Positions 43,916 to 54,714 of a stretch of DNA of 64,000 nt are shown one piece after another; the first letter of the stretch is position 1; each line of letters opens with the position of its first letter. Under the pieces are notes generated by a model. The model searched no databases and had not been told where the DNA came from. It saw only the letters and a list, made by a program, of their open reading frames with translations. A program made the translations under genes and the position numbers. The DNA is from a bacterium. GTDB lineage: Bacteria > Zhuqueibacterota > Zhuqueibacteria > Residuimicrobiales > Krinioviventaceae. Where the stretch lies: the NCBI GenBank assembly GCA_963674595.2, contig CAXXFV010000016.1, positions 512,001 through 576,000 on the forward strand, given 5' to 3'.

Positions 43916-44779
43916 TCATTCAACAGGAATATATATTTCACTTTCCGATTCCGGATTATAGGGTCCCAGGCATTTTTCACCGTAAAATTCAAAGTTAAAG
44001 GGTTTGGTCAGTTTGTAATCGGTTTCCGGTAAAAACTGGTTGTAAATATATTTATAGGTATAACCCACCTTATTGGCAAGTCCTTTATGAATAAAACACA
44101 GATAGTGTCCCTGGGGAATGATCTTAACCACAAACTGCGGCTGAATTTCATCCATGCTGTTTACCTCAACGCCGATAAAAAAATACAATCCACCCAGTTC
44201 CTGTTTTTCCGACCAGTACTGCACCTGATAGAACCGCTCCGGTTGTAACCTGTTTTTTATGGTATGCACTTCATTCATAAATTGGCCCCATTCTTTAGAC
44301 AGGTCATTTATCTTACAGTCATCACTCAGGAAAAAAGAAATACCGGCTAATATTTTTTGCGGCAACTCAACAAGCTGAGGCAGACTGTTTTTCAGCTTTT
44401 CTGACTGGTAAAGATAATCCTCATTAATACGATTGACAACAGGTAAATTGGAAATCGACAGGCCTTTCTTAACCTGTTTTGGATTGATGCCAAAAGTCTT
44501 TTTAAAGGCGCGTGAAAAGGCCTCGTGACTGTTAAACTGATAATCATAAGCGATTTCAATGATTTTTTTATTTGTATCTCTTAATTCTATCAACGCTTCA
44601 CAAAGCCGGCGTTGCTGAAGGTATGTTTTGGGTGAAAAACCAGTGACACTCGCGAACAGACGGATAAAATGGTACAGTGAATAGTGTACGGAATTCGCTA
44701 TATCCAACACATTTAATTCTTTTTTTAAATTTTTTTCAATGTATTGAACTGATTTTAAGATTATTTCTTTGTTGGTCAT
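43916..44779 (-). CDS. AraC family regulator with GyrI-like effector-binding domain
   Basis: YSLYHFIRLF...SHEAFSRAFKKTFGINP; C-terminal FEFY..EIYIPV. Confidence 0.9.
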   Translation of the reverse strand: MTNKEIILKSVQYIEKNLKKELNVLDIANSVHYSLYHFIRLFASVTGFSPKTYLQQRRLCEALIELRDTNKKIIEIAYDYQFNSHEAFSRAFKKTFGINPKQVKKGLSISNLPVVNRINEDYLYQSEKLKNSLPQLVELPQKILAGISFFLSDDCKINDLSKEWGQFMNEVHTIKNRLQPERFYQVQYWSEKQELGGLYFFIGVEVNSMDEIQPQFVVKIIPQGHYLCFIHKGLANKVGYTYKYIYNQFLPETDYKLTKPFNFEFYGEKCLGPYNPESESEIYIPVE

Positions 44780-44838
44780 TTTATGCTCTGAAATTTATAA
44801 TATAAATTCCCCCCATTAGCAGGGGGGAGGCGAATATT

Positions 44839-45315
44839 TTAAAAGTTGAATTCATTTTCCCAATTAAAGGTCGCCGCATCCTCATCCCATTCCGGCCAGT
44901 GTTTACACCAATCCGGAACTGAACAATCTCTGACCCGTTCGCTTTTATTGTACGGTTTAATATCGATAACAGGTGTGCCGTCTTCAGCGTCTATATAAGG
45001 TGTATAAATAATGCCTTTAGCATAATCTATGTTTTGTACGTATATAGTTGTCAAAAGCACAGGATTCGGCCGGACCGGTGAACGTGTTGCAAAAATACCA
45101 ATTTTATCCGGACCTTTTTTATAGGGCTTTTCACCGATAAGGGTTTGGCGATATTCAGGGGATGCATATAAATGTCCCCACCAGCTTATTTGTAAATGAC
45201 TAAATCCGTTTATGTTGGTCAACGCCGGAATGTACGTGCCTTCCAGTTCGATACGGAATATGCCGTTTTCGCATCGGACAACCCCGATGGGATGAATGTC
45301 TATTTTAATTTCCAT
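44839..45315 (-). CDS. TrmO/TsaA (YaeB)-like SAM-binding protein
   Basis: IHPIGVV; GIFATRSPVRPNP; IDAEDGTPVIDIKPY. Confidence 0.85.
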   Translation of the reverse strand: MEIKIDIHPIGVVRCENGIFRIELEGTYIPALTNINGFSHLQISWWGHLYASPEYRQTLIGEKPYKKGPDKIGIFATRSPVRPNPVLLTTIYVQNIDYAKGIIYTPYIDAEDGTPVIDIKPYNKSERVRDCSVPDWCKHWPEWDEDAATFNWENEFNF

Positions 45316-45976
45316 AATGACTCCTCGATTTTAAATGAGCAAATTAATTATGGATACCGGTCATCCATAGGTTAAAATAGACATTTTTTTTCTACAATGC
45401 TTGATTGTTCTTGCCATTATAATATAAATTAGTTGATATATTTTGCTGTTTACAAATTTCAAAGTCTTTATTAGTTTTTAAAAATTAAACCTTTTACGAT
45501 TTGGATACAAATGTTAAGGAGGTTGTCAAGATTAAAATTGTGATATGTAATTTAGTATGTGGATACTACAGTCGAAAAAAATGCTGTAAGTGATTTTTTT
45601 AAAAAAAAGTATTGCTTGGTAAAAATTTATTAATTATGTTTATATTATTTTTTATGAACTTAAAAAGTAATAGCAATTTATGGGATGATGGTGATGATGA
45701 TGGGAATATTAAATTGCATGTGGTCTAATGTTATGTGAGTCAGTATAATTAAAACTGATTTATGGGTTACAAGTTTTATACTGATGACATATTCCAGCAT
45801 TCCTTTCACTTCTTATTCTATCCCTAAAAAAGATAATTTACTCTTGTATTTTACTGACAGCCGTATTTTCTGTAAATATACCCAATATTTATTGGAATTA
45901 TAATTTTTCTTTACATGGGAGCTAAAAATCCCATATGGTGTTAAGAAGATTTTGTCGAGTAATTTTTGAGGATTTG

Positions 45977-46309
45977 ATGAAAAAACTGAACTATATTTTT
46001 TGTTTGTTGATATTGACTTGTTTTCAATATTTACATGCAGAGGGTTCAATCGTCGTTAAAAATGCCGGTATGAAGCAGATTAACGGTGTATATGTTCAAA
46101 CGGGAATATATAAGGACCACCCTGTTTATGTAAAGGATGAATGCAAAATTCAATATAAGGGATGTAGAAGCAAATGGGTTATTTATTATAAAGATAAGGC
46201 CTTTTATAAAAACATTCAGGACAGTGATGTGTGCCCGTTAATTGACTGGCAAATGACCTGTTTGGCTAAAAAAGATTCGCTGTATGTTCCTCTATTGCAG
46301 AAAAACTGA
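45977..46309 (+). CDS. Small secreted hypothetical protein
   Basis: GAGG RBS; signal peptide; resembles an internal domain of the next gene. Confidence 0.7.
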   Translation: MKKLNYIFCLLILTCFQYLHAEGSIVVKNAGMKQINGVYVQTGIYKDHPVYVKDECKIQYKGCRSKWVIYYKDKAFYKNIQDSDVCPLIDWQMTCLAKKDSLYVPLLQKN

Positions 46310-46337
46310 CTATTATAATTTTTAAAAGGAGACGAGT

Positions 46338-47999
46338 ATGAAAGTTGTTAAAATAATTCTACTGAGTGTGCTTTTGTTATTACCCTTGCAAGTGTTTGCT
46401 GAAACTGTCACCTTTCCTGTTTCCGGTTTAAGTTTTACTGAGAACAACCATTCATTTTCTTTTAGTGGTAATGGACAGATTATTAGTAACAGTTACAGAA
46501 GTGCTTCCTATTGTGCTATGTTAAACTCTAATTATGGCGCCAGTTGGTATTTGACGAAAGTAGGAGGCAACAAATTTCAGTTAAATAATTTATGGATTTA
46601 TAACCTGCAGGGTTATAGCTATTCCATCCAGTTTAAAGGATATGACGGAAGTACTGAAAAGTATTCAAAGGATGTTACAATACCGACCGGGGGGTATTCA
46701 CAGGTTACATTCAGTGGTTGGACAGACATAACAAAAATTCAAGGAATTTCACCCACAGCTAGTACCGGGTGGGCTTGTGATGACATCAACTATACGGTTA
46801 ATAATACGGCGCCTACCAACATTACGTTGGATAATTCTGCCGTGGATGATGGTGATCCAAGTGGAACAACAGTCGGCACATTTACGACTACAGATACGGA
46901 TGATAATGGTGCACATACATATACATTTGCATCCGGTGGTGCAGACAATGGCAGTTTTACCATAGACGGGGCATTGTTGAAAACAGCATTCGTGGCTGAC
47001 TATGATACAAAAAACAGTTATTCTGTAAAAATACGATCCACAGACACCGGCAGTTTGTGGTATGAAAAAGATTTGGCGATAACAGTAAATCCTGCGGCAC
47101 CCAGTCAATATATCGTTACGAGTGCGGAAAACTCTGATTATAATGGTACTTATGTGCGCAATGGCAGTCTGAATGGTTATCCCAAGTATACAAAAGGGAG
47201 CTATAATTTAGCTTATAAAGATTGTAGTATTCAATGGTTTATTGGTGTAGGTGATGATCCTTCCCCACCAACATATTCATCAACAGAATCTGCGTCACTA
47301 CCTCCATCTTCGGGGTGGAGTCAAGGTTGTACATGGGACTTTACATCTTCTGATGTTAGCGTTGCCGATGGTGACGGATCATTGCCAGTAGAATTATCTG
47401 ACTTTACTGCAGTTTCTGAGAGAGGTACTATTTTAATCAAATGGAACACCCAAAGTGAAACCGGCCACCTCGGTTTTATTGTGCAGCGAGCACAAATTCA
47501 ACAAAATGAAAAATTAACCTGGTGTGATATTGCCGGCTACAAACACGACCAATCATTAAAAGGCACAGGTGATACAACAAACAAACGCGAATACCAATAT
47601 CGAGATAAAGATGTTGAAAAAGATGAGCAGTATTCTTATCGTTTAGTCAGTGTGGCGCTCGATGGAAGTCGGGAATATTCATACAGTATAAATGTTACCA
47701 ATAATTCATCAATACCTAAAGACTTTTCGCTGCATCCGGCTTATCCCAATCCATTTAATCCGGCAACCACATTGAGTTTTGATATTGCTGAACCTTGTTA
47801 TGTGGAAATTTATGTGACAAATGTTACCGGAAAATATGTCAGAACACTGATGTATCAGGCATCTCCAGCCGGGCAACATACCGTACAATGGGATGGTTTG
47901 GACCACCAGGGAGTACGGTCGGCAAGTGGTGTTTATTTTATCATCATGAAAACCAGTCAAAACCACCATTTCTCCCAAAAAGTATTAATGTTAAAATAA
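46338..47999 (+). CDS. Secreted protein with cadherin-like domain and FlgD/T9SS-A-type C-terminus
   Basis: Signal peptide; NTAPTNITL..DYDTKNSYSVKIRSTD; SLPVELSDF; AYPNPFNP. Confidence 0.85.
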   Translation: MKVVKIILLSVLLLLPLQVFAETVTFPVSGLSFTENNHSFSFSGNGQIISNSYRSASYCAMLNSNYGASWYLTKVGGNKFQLNNLWIYNLQGYSYSIQFKGYDGSTEKYSKDVTIPTGGYSQVTFSGWTDITKIQGISPTASTGWACDDINYTVNNTAPTNITLDNSAVDDGDPSGTTVGTFTTTDTDDNGAHTYTFASGGADNGSFTIDGALLKTAFVADYDTKNSYSVKIRSTDTGSLWYEKDLAITVNPAAPSQYIVTSAENSDYNGTYVRNGSLNGYPKYTKGSYNLAYKDCSIQWFIGVGDDPSPPTYSSTESASLPPSSGWSQGCTWDFTSSDVSVADGDGSLPVELSDFTAVSERGTILIKWNTQSETGHLGFIVQRAQIQQNEKLTWCDIAGYKHDQSLKGTGDTTNKREYQYRDKDVEKDEQYSYRLVSVALDGSREYSYSINVTNNSSIPKDFSLHPAYPNPFNPATTLSFDIAEPCYVEIYVTNVTGKYVRTLMYQASPAGQHTVQWDGLDHQGVRSASGVYFIIMKTSQNHHFSQKVLMLK

Positions 48000-48006
48000 G
48001 TTCTTT

Positions 48007-48046
48007 ATGGCGGTATGATAATATTTTTGTACCGCCATTTTATTTT
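48007..48046 (+). terminator. Intrinsic terminator
   Basis: ATGGCGGTA...TACCGCCAT followed by a T-rich tract. Confidence 0.6.
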
Positions 48047-48084
48047 CTATAATTATAAGTATTAATTCTGATTGATGTGAATCT

Positions 48085-49089
48085 ATGCGTTTGTTTCGTT
48101 TTACCGGTCCCAATATTGGCTTGAAACTTTTTCCATATTTGGTTTATTTATCATTTTTTGTATTATCTGTCGATTTTGTCTATAGAACGATAAATGATAT
48201 AAATTATATGAATAGATCAAAGTGCATCCTCAATCAGATTATACCGCCATTGCTTTTTTTATTTTACGAGTATTTTATCGAATTAGCCATGATTGTTATT
48301 GTGGGGATATTCATCGCTGTTGTTTTACAAGCCTGGTTCAGTCGTTTTTACCGGTTTTTCCCCACAAACCCGGTAACTGCATTTCTATATGCATCTGTTT
48401 TACCGGTTTGTTCCTGTAGTGTTTTGCCGTTACTGGAAACATTGGATGAAAAATTATCCTATCGGACGTTGATAACATTCATTGTCGCCGCCCCGCTTTT
48501 AAATCCATATATTATTGTTTTGTCATTTACTGTTTTGGGGCCTCTATATGCTGTTTTACGTATTTTTAGTTCATTCCTGCTTGCTGTTTGTGCCGGTTTC
48601 GTCCTGGAGCTTTTTTCAGGCGGCAAACAAGCGGTAAACAAACACATAAATTTTTCATGTGATTCTTCCAATTGTGTGGCACCAGGAAACAGCCCTTTTG
48701 AAAAAAGTTATCACATGTTTAAAAAAATTATCCCCTATTTGGTTATTGCCGGTATACTGGGAATTGTTTCAGAATTGTTATTGCCAATGCAATTTATGGG
48801 CAATCTGAACATCGGCACAGGATTAAAAAGTCTGCTGGTCTTTGTCCTTGTTGGAATACCTATTTATTTTTGTAACGGAACAGATGTTTTATTCTTACGT
48901 CCATTAATCTGTAATGGTATGGGAATGGGGACAGCTATTGCATTTTCTCTGACATCAACAGCGATCTGTATTTCTTCTTTTGTGATGTTATTAAAATTCC
49001 TGGGGAAAAAACAAACTGTAATTTTGACATTATTTATTCTCATATCCACAATCTTGTTAGGTGTTGCCATTAATTTGCTGTTGGGATAG
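48085..49089 (+). CDS. DUF318/ArsP-family permease
   Basis: LPVCSCSVLP; FIVAAPLLNP; GIPIYFC; GTAIAF. Confidence 0.82.
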   Translation: MRLFRFTGPNIGLKLFPYLVYLSFFVLSVDFVYRTINDINYMNRSKCILNQIIPPLLFLFYEYFIELAMIVIVGIFIAVVLQAWFSRFYRFFPTNPVTAFLYASVLPVCSCSVLPLLETLDEKLSYRTLITFIVAAPLLNPYIIVLSFTVLGPLYAVLRIFSSFLLAVCAGFVLELFSGGKQAVNKHINFSCDSSNCVAPGNSPFEKSYHMFKKIIPYLVIAGILGIVSELLLPMQFMGNLNIGTGLKSLLVFVLVGIPIYFCNGTDVLFLRPLICNGMGMGTAIAFSLTSTAICISSFVMLLKFLGKKQTVILTLFILISTILLGVAINLLLG

Positions 49090-49170
49090 GGGTTTTCAGC
49101 AGGGGGGCAGGTATACCTGCATTATTTTATTGTAGTAAATATTCATCCGAATCCATTTATTATTATCTTT

Positions 49171-51462
49171 TTATTGCAAAACAAAGTTAAAATCTTTATT
49201 CAGTGTTAAATTATATTCTTGTGCAGTAACAGAAACTTCCAGATTATACAAACCAGGATCGAGTTTACTTAAATCCAGAGTCATATATTCATAAGTATTT
49301 TTTTGGGCAGCAAAACCCTGAACCGCAATGGACAGTTTTTTGTCATTGGAAAAAAATAATCCTGTCAGTTTATCCATAAAACTCTTTTTGAGTTTTCCCA
49401 ACGATTTGATTTGATAGATGATGTCGTATTCAACATTTTTTTTCTCACTCATGGGCAGATTATAAAGCTCAAAATAGAGATGTAATGGATTGTTTAGCCC
49501 ATACTTTAGATCCGGTTTAGGGAGCACCTTTAAATTATTTTTAATAAACTGACCCGATTCGTCTGTTTTTGTGATCTGCCCTGCCGGTTCCAAATCGCTC
49601 ATAAACGGTTTATCATTAAAATCATTTTCCGACGCAATTTTTATTTTAAATCCGCCCATTTTATCCATCGTTGGTATTTGTAAAGACAAACTTGTGAAAT
49701 AAGATTGGCCGTTATGTAGTGAAAAGTTTAATTGTCCCGGCCAATAACCGAGCGAATCTATCCACGTTTTTATTTCGTCCAATGAAACCACCCGGTTCTT
49801 TTGAATAACCGTGTTCCAGTTTTCATCAAAAACACCAAGTCCGATGTTGAGTTCTGTTTCCATATCCAGGGTGTCCGGAATGGTTGCTATAAATTGAGAA
49901 CATAAACTGTAATACAGCTCATAATTGCTTTTCTTTTCATCTCTGGCAAAACCGGCCAGATAACAGGAGACATTAATGTTTTTTTCCTGTTCGTTCCATT
50001 GATAATAGTCTGAATTCAAACCCTCATAAATCACTTTTTCGTTTTCCAGTTCCAACATCTCTTGAAGTTGATGTTTTTCCCGATCATCAGAAGATGTTAA
50101 AAGCCTGAAATATTTTTTGTCCCAACCCATACAATCCACCAGCATTTTATCCGGCAGTATGGGTGTTATTTGGGATTCCATCCTGGTTTTAATAAAATGA
50201 AATATTTTTGCCGGTGTCGATTCTGTTTGATAATAAAACCACGATTCACCGCTGTCCAGCCCTTCCCACCATTTGCCGGCCTCGACCGTTGCGTTTCCGC
50301 CGCACACTCTGCTCTTTTCATTCGGTGGCCCATAACGAATATAAATCACTCCCTGGTCATCATACCGGTCCGCCATGTCATAAATATCCGGACATTCAAA
50401 AACAGCGTCAACAGCCTGCCACCTGGTTTTACCGATTTTAACCTGCCTATGGTTTTTTTCTGCATAATCACATCTTTTTAAATGTTCAATTAATCTTGCA
50501 TTGTAAGAGGATGATGGAAAGGGATTTCTTCGCAGCCATGATTTTTTAATATAGTTTTTCGCCTGAAGGTAATTCAGGTTTTTTAAATACCGCAACTCTG
50601 CATCAGAAAAGATGTATTTTATATCATGAAAAAGGATGGTTGCATCCTTTTCATTGGATATGGCCTCAATGGCATCATTATAGTATAATTCAGCCTTTTT
50701 GTACATGTTTTGCTGAAATGCCAGTTTTGCCTGTGAAAGTAAAATCGCACATGGCGAGATAAATGGGGGACTGTTTAAAGAATTAAAAATCGATTCGGCT
50801 TTTTCCAGCTTACCCTTTTGACGATAATATTCGCCCAGAAAATAACGGGACAATTCATCCGGACGCTGCAGCAGTTTAACATCATTTTTATTGCCTCTAA
50901 AAATAAGGGCGTCATAATAAAAATAGACTTTATAATACGCATCCAGATCATCCGGAAAGAATTTCAGGTGATGTTGTAAAAGTTCGATGGCCTGTTGATA
51001 TTTTTCTTGATAGCCTTTTAATATGGAATATTCATACAAGACATTTTTCATTGTCGAATCAGCAGCCAAAACCGCCTGAAAACATTTCTCGGAATTTTTC
51101 CAGAACCGTGTCCGTATAACAAATGACGAAAAATAACCTTTTGCCCGGTAAGCCTGTGCCGTTATTATCTGGGCGTCCAGGTTGTTTTTGTCAATTTTTA
51201 GAACATGGTCCATTAACAGGAGGGCATTGTCCCATTGTCTTTGTTCGATATAAAACTGACCCAGTGTTTGATGGGCAAACAAATGATGTGGTTCGTCCCT
51301 GCATATTTTTTGCATCATTTTGATTGCTTTTCCTGCCTCACCCGCTTGATATATCACTATGGATTCCCTGACCTTTTCCTCTGTGGTCGGCGGTTGACAA
51401 TATCCAATGGAATACAGCAATAAAATAAAAAAAGTAATTTTCTGAGTAAAATGAACCGGCAT
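49171..51462 (-). CDS. TPR + GWxTD-type domain exported protein
   Basis: Signal peptide; TPRs; WLRRNPFP...RLIEHLKRCDYA...DDQGVIYIRYGPP...ESWFY. Confidence 0.75.
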   Translation of the reverse strand: MPVHFTQKITFFILLLYSIGYCQPPTTEEKVRESIVIYQAGEAGKAIKMMQKICRDEPHHLFAHQTLGQFYIEQRQWDNALLLMDHVLKIDKNNLDAQIITAQAYRAKGYFSSFVIRTRFWKNSEKCFQAVLAADSTMKNVLYEYSILKGYQEKYQQAIELLQHHLKFFPDDLDAYYKVYFYYDALIFRGNKNDVKLLQRPDELSRYFLGEYYRQKGKLEKAESIFNSLNSPPFISPCAILLSQAKLAFQQNMYKKAELYYNDAIEAISNEKDATILFHDIKYIFSDAELRYLKNLNYLQAKNYIKKSWLRRNPFPSSSYNARLIEHLKRCDYAEKNHRQVKIGKTRWQAVDAVFECPDIYDMADRYDDQGVIYIRYGPPNEKSRVCGGNATVEAGKWWEGLDSGESWFYYQTESTPAKIFHFIKTRMESQITPILPDKMLVDCMGWDKKYFRLLTSSDDREKHQLQEMLELENEKVIYEGLNSDYYQWNEQEKNINVSCYLAGFARDEKKSNYELYYSLCSQFIATIPDTLDMETELNIGLGVFDENWNTVIQKNRVVSLDEIKTWIDSLGYWPGQLNFSLHNGQSYFTSLSLQIPTMDKMGGFKIKIASENDFNDKPFMSDLEPAGQITKTDESGQFIKNNLKVLPKPDLKYGLNNPLHLYFELYNLPMSEKKNVEYDIIYQIKSLGKLKKSFMDKLTGLFFSNDKKLSIAVQGFAAQKNTYEYMTLDLSKLDPGLYNLEVSVTAQEYNLTLNKDFNFVLQ

Positions 51463-51538
51463 AGCAAACCTCCCACAGTTTTAAATCGCCCTTAATTTCT
51501 TTACCCATGCAGTTATATTTTGAAGTTATAAAGTTGCT

Positions 51539-52240
51539 TTAGCTTTTCAAGTAATTTTGATGTAAATACTCGAGCACCTTGTTCATCAGTTGATTTGTAG
51601 AGTTATATCGTTCAGATGGTGCGGATAAAATATTTTCTTCTATTTGTATATATTCTCCCGGTACAAGCTCATCACGGCAATTGGCGACAATCTCCTGAAC
51701 AGATTCTTTGGTCATTTCAAGATGAAACTGCAGTCCGATAACGTTTTTGCCAATTTGAAAAGCCTGGTTTCGGCAGACATTGGTTTCGGCAATTCGAACA
51801 GCGCCTTTTGGAAGGTCAAAGGTTTCTCCGTGCCAGTGAAAAACTATTGTTGATCCCGGGAATTCGAATGCAGCATTGTTTGCCGGTGTAACGGCATTTA
51901 CAGAAAACCAGCCGATTTCTTTAACCGAATTGGGATATATTTTTTCACCCAGTGCGCCGGCTAAAAGCTGCGCCCCCAGACAAATTCCCAAAACCGGTTT
52001 TCCGGATTCAACAAATTCTTTGATAAATCTTTTTTCCTGTACCAGCCAGGGATATTCAGATTCGTCATTAATGCTCATGGGACCGCCCATGATAACTAGA
52101 AAATCAATGTCCTTTTGATCGGGAAATTCTGTGTTTTTGAAAAGTTGGGTACACGTAATATTGTATCCGGTTTTTTCAAACCAGTCTTTAATACTGCCAA
52201 GACCTTCAAAGGGAACATGTTGTAAATAATGTGCGCGCAT
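51539..52240 (-). CDS. Type 1 glutamine amidotransferase
   Basis: QHVPFEG; MGGPMS; GICLGAQ; QFHLE. Confidence 0.9.
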   Translation of the reverse strand: MRAHYLQHVPFEGLGSIKDWFEKTGYNITCTQLFKNTEFPDQKDIDFLVIMGGPMSINDESEYPWLVQEKRFIKEFVESGKPVLGICLGAQLLAGALGEKIYPNSVKEIGWFSVNAVTPANNAAFEFPGSTIVFHWHGETFDLPKGAVRIAETNVCRNQAFQIGKNVIGLQFHLEMTKESVQEIVANCRDELVPGEYIQIEENILSAPSERYNSTNQLMNKVLEYLHQNYLKS

Positions 52241-53443
52241 TTGGTTTCCTATATTTTATTAATATTATATAACTAAAATTGAGTAAACTCGAAATATAAA
52301 GCTGAATTGTTAACCTTTTTCAGCTAATAATTTTGAAAATTCATTTACAAATGACGTTGCTTCCTGGGCAACTCTGGCAGATGAAAGATAATTAAATCTT
52401 CCCTGACGTCCTAATGTATAAATTCCAAAATTTTCTACCTTGTTAATTAAGTTTTGAGCTTTATTAATTTCTGTTGTGGTATACAGAGGATAACCATAAT
52501 CTGTTATTGTTCCACCCTTGTATTTAAAAATTCCTTTGAACAAAAAACTTTTGGATATATGCTGTTCAAAATTTTGCTTTTGTTGTTCCAATACAAGTTC
52601 ATTTTCAGGACCGTTTTTATGTGGAGCCAAAGTGCCTTCAACAGTAAAATAAAGTTTACTGCTTTCACTATTTGATTGTTTGAATATTGTAATCCTTTTC
52701 CAATCTCCTTCGGGAGAATAATTCATAATTATTGAGGCGTTGGAATTCATAGTTCCATGAAATTCATAAAATAGCGAATACAATTTCAGATATGTCAAGT
52801 CACAATTTTGGTTTGGAAAACAACAGTTATTTAGTTCGGTTAAAGGGATTGTTGATATAATATAATCATAAGACCGTGTATTGCCATTAAAATGAATTGA
52901 ATAATTATTTTTATTCCTGTCTATTTGTCTAATATCAGAATTGTATAATATATTAATATTTTTTGATGTTAGATGATTTTCAATTTTTTTAAATATTTGA
53001 TCAAATCCTTGATTAGAGATACGAAGCAGTTTTTTGTTTGGTACTGTGTTATTGTTTTTTTTACGGAAAATAGGGGCCCATTTTTGTTTAATATATTTTT
53101 TTATTTTGTAATTCTCTAAAAACAACATTCTTTTATTATAAAAATCGATGTCAATATTTCTATTGTCGGTGTGAAATAGTTTATTTAAATAGCTTTCCAA
53201 TCCGCTGTTTTTATAAACAACATCGCTGATTGTATATTTTATTCTCGATTCGAATTTCGGATCATTTCTATGATTAATTTTACTTATTAATAAAGACGCC
53301 ATTGCAAGATAAAAATTTACAATTCCATTTTCTTTGATATAATTTTTTAAATTAAGCGGAAAACTGTAATGTAATACTTATCTTTGAACTTGAGAAAAGG
53401 GCCAAAAATATTAAATTAGTCTATTATGAAAAATGGAGGCCCA

Positions 53444-53749
53444 ATGAGCAAACGAAGACGCTTTACTGCTGAAGAAAAAGTCCAAATTTTAAGAGAACAT
53501 TTAGAAAATAAGATCAGCATATCCGAAATAGCTAAACAATATAATATTCATCCTGTAGTTATACACAGATGGAAAAAAGAGCTCTTTGAAAATGCGCTTG
53601 ACGGTTTTTCCGGCAAACATAAAAAGCGTAAAGGAAAATCTGTCAAAGAAGAACGTCTTGAAACCAAAGTCAGCAAAATGCAGGAAGTCATCACCGAACT
53701 CTCCACAGAGGTCGTTGATTTGCGAAAAAAGTATTTTGGGGCAACCTGA
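53444..53749 (+). CDS. IS3 OrfA (HTH)
   Basis: RRRFTAEEKVQIL...IAKQYNIHPVVIHRWKK; GGAGG RBS; A_AAA_AAG slippery site at 53725-53731. Confidence 0.9.
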   Translation: MSKRRRFTAEEKVQILREHLENKISISEIAKQYNIHPVVIHRWKKELFENALDGFSGKHKKRKGKSVKEERLETKVSKMQEVITELSTEVVDLRKKYFGAT

Positions 53750-53787
53750 AAAAGACATGGGTTGCTCCTGATGTTAGAGATGATGTT

Positions 53788-54714
53788 TTGTCTTCTCTGC
53801 AAACGTTAACGGCAAAGACCGGTGTTCCTTTGAGTTTATTACTCAAGACCATTGGTTTGTCCTGGACCCGGTACTATGACTGGCAAAAACGTTTTGGTCA
53901 ACCAAATCAACATAACAGCGACACACCTCGCAGCTTTTGGCTGGAACCGTGGGAGTGTCAACGTATCATAAAATACAAAAAGGAACATATGCAGATCGGC
54001 TATAAACGACTGACCTATATGATGCTTGATGAAAATGTTGTTGCTGTGAGCCCGTCAACGACCTATCGTATTCTGCGGAACGCCGGACTCACAAGTCAAT
54101 GGAATAACAGTACGTTACAATCAAATAAGAAAGGCTTTATTCAACCCAAAAGACCGCATCAGCATTGGCATATAGATATTTCCTATATTGCCTTTCATGG
54201 TTCGCATCTCTTTTTGATTTCTGTACTGGACGGATTTTCAAGATTTATCGTTCACCATGAATTAAGAACTCATATGCAGGAATATGATGTCGAGATTGTA
54301 CTGCAAAGAGCTTTGGAAAAATATCCAAATGAAAAACCTCGAATTATTTCCGATAATGGTTCACAGTTTATTGCCAATGACTTTAAATCTTTTTTAAGGT
54401 TAAATAATTTGACGCACGTTCGAACTTCGATTAATCATCCACAGTCGAATGGTAAAATTGAAGCTTTTCATAAAATCATTAAAAATGAATGCACCCGAAT
54501 TCAAAGTATGATTAATCTGGAGGATGCCAGAAATAAAGTCGTACTTTATATCCATCAATACAACTATAACCGGTTACACAGTGCTATTGGATTTATTACA
54601 CCATTTGACAAATTATCAGGAAAAGCTGATAGTATTTTCAAAGAACGTGATATGAAACTTGAACAAGCCCGCCAAAGAAGGCAGGAAAACAATAAAATTA
54701 TAAAGGCAGCTTAA
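53788..54714 (+). CDS. IS3 OrfB DDE transposase (-1 frame to OrfA)
   Basis: WHIDISY, ISDNGSQF, PQSNGKIEAFH, YNYNRLHSAIG. Confidence 0.92.
   Translation: MSSLQTLTAKTGVPLSLLLKTIGLSWTRYYDWQKRFGQPNQHNSDTPRSFWLEPWECQRIIKYKKEHMQIGYKRLTYMMLDENVVAVSPSTTYRILRNAGLTSQWNNSTLQSNKKGFIQPKRPHQHWHIDISYIAFHGSHLFLISVLDGFSRFIVHHELRTHMQEYDVEIVLQRALEKYPNEKPRIISDNGSQFIANDFKSFLRLNNLTHVRTSINHPQSNGKIEAFHKIIKNECTRIQSMINLEDARNKVVLYIHQYNYNRLHSAIGFITPFDKLSGKADSIFKERDMKLEQARQRRQENNKIIKAA

Noticed and set aside
45681-45703. (GAT)n microsatellite
   Set aside because: Short, imperfect and intergenic, with no supporting context.
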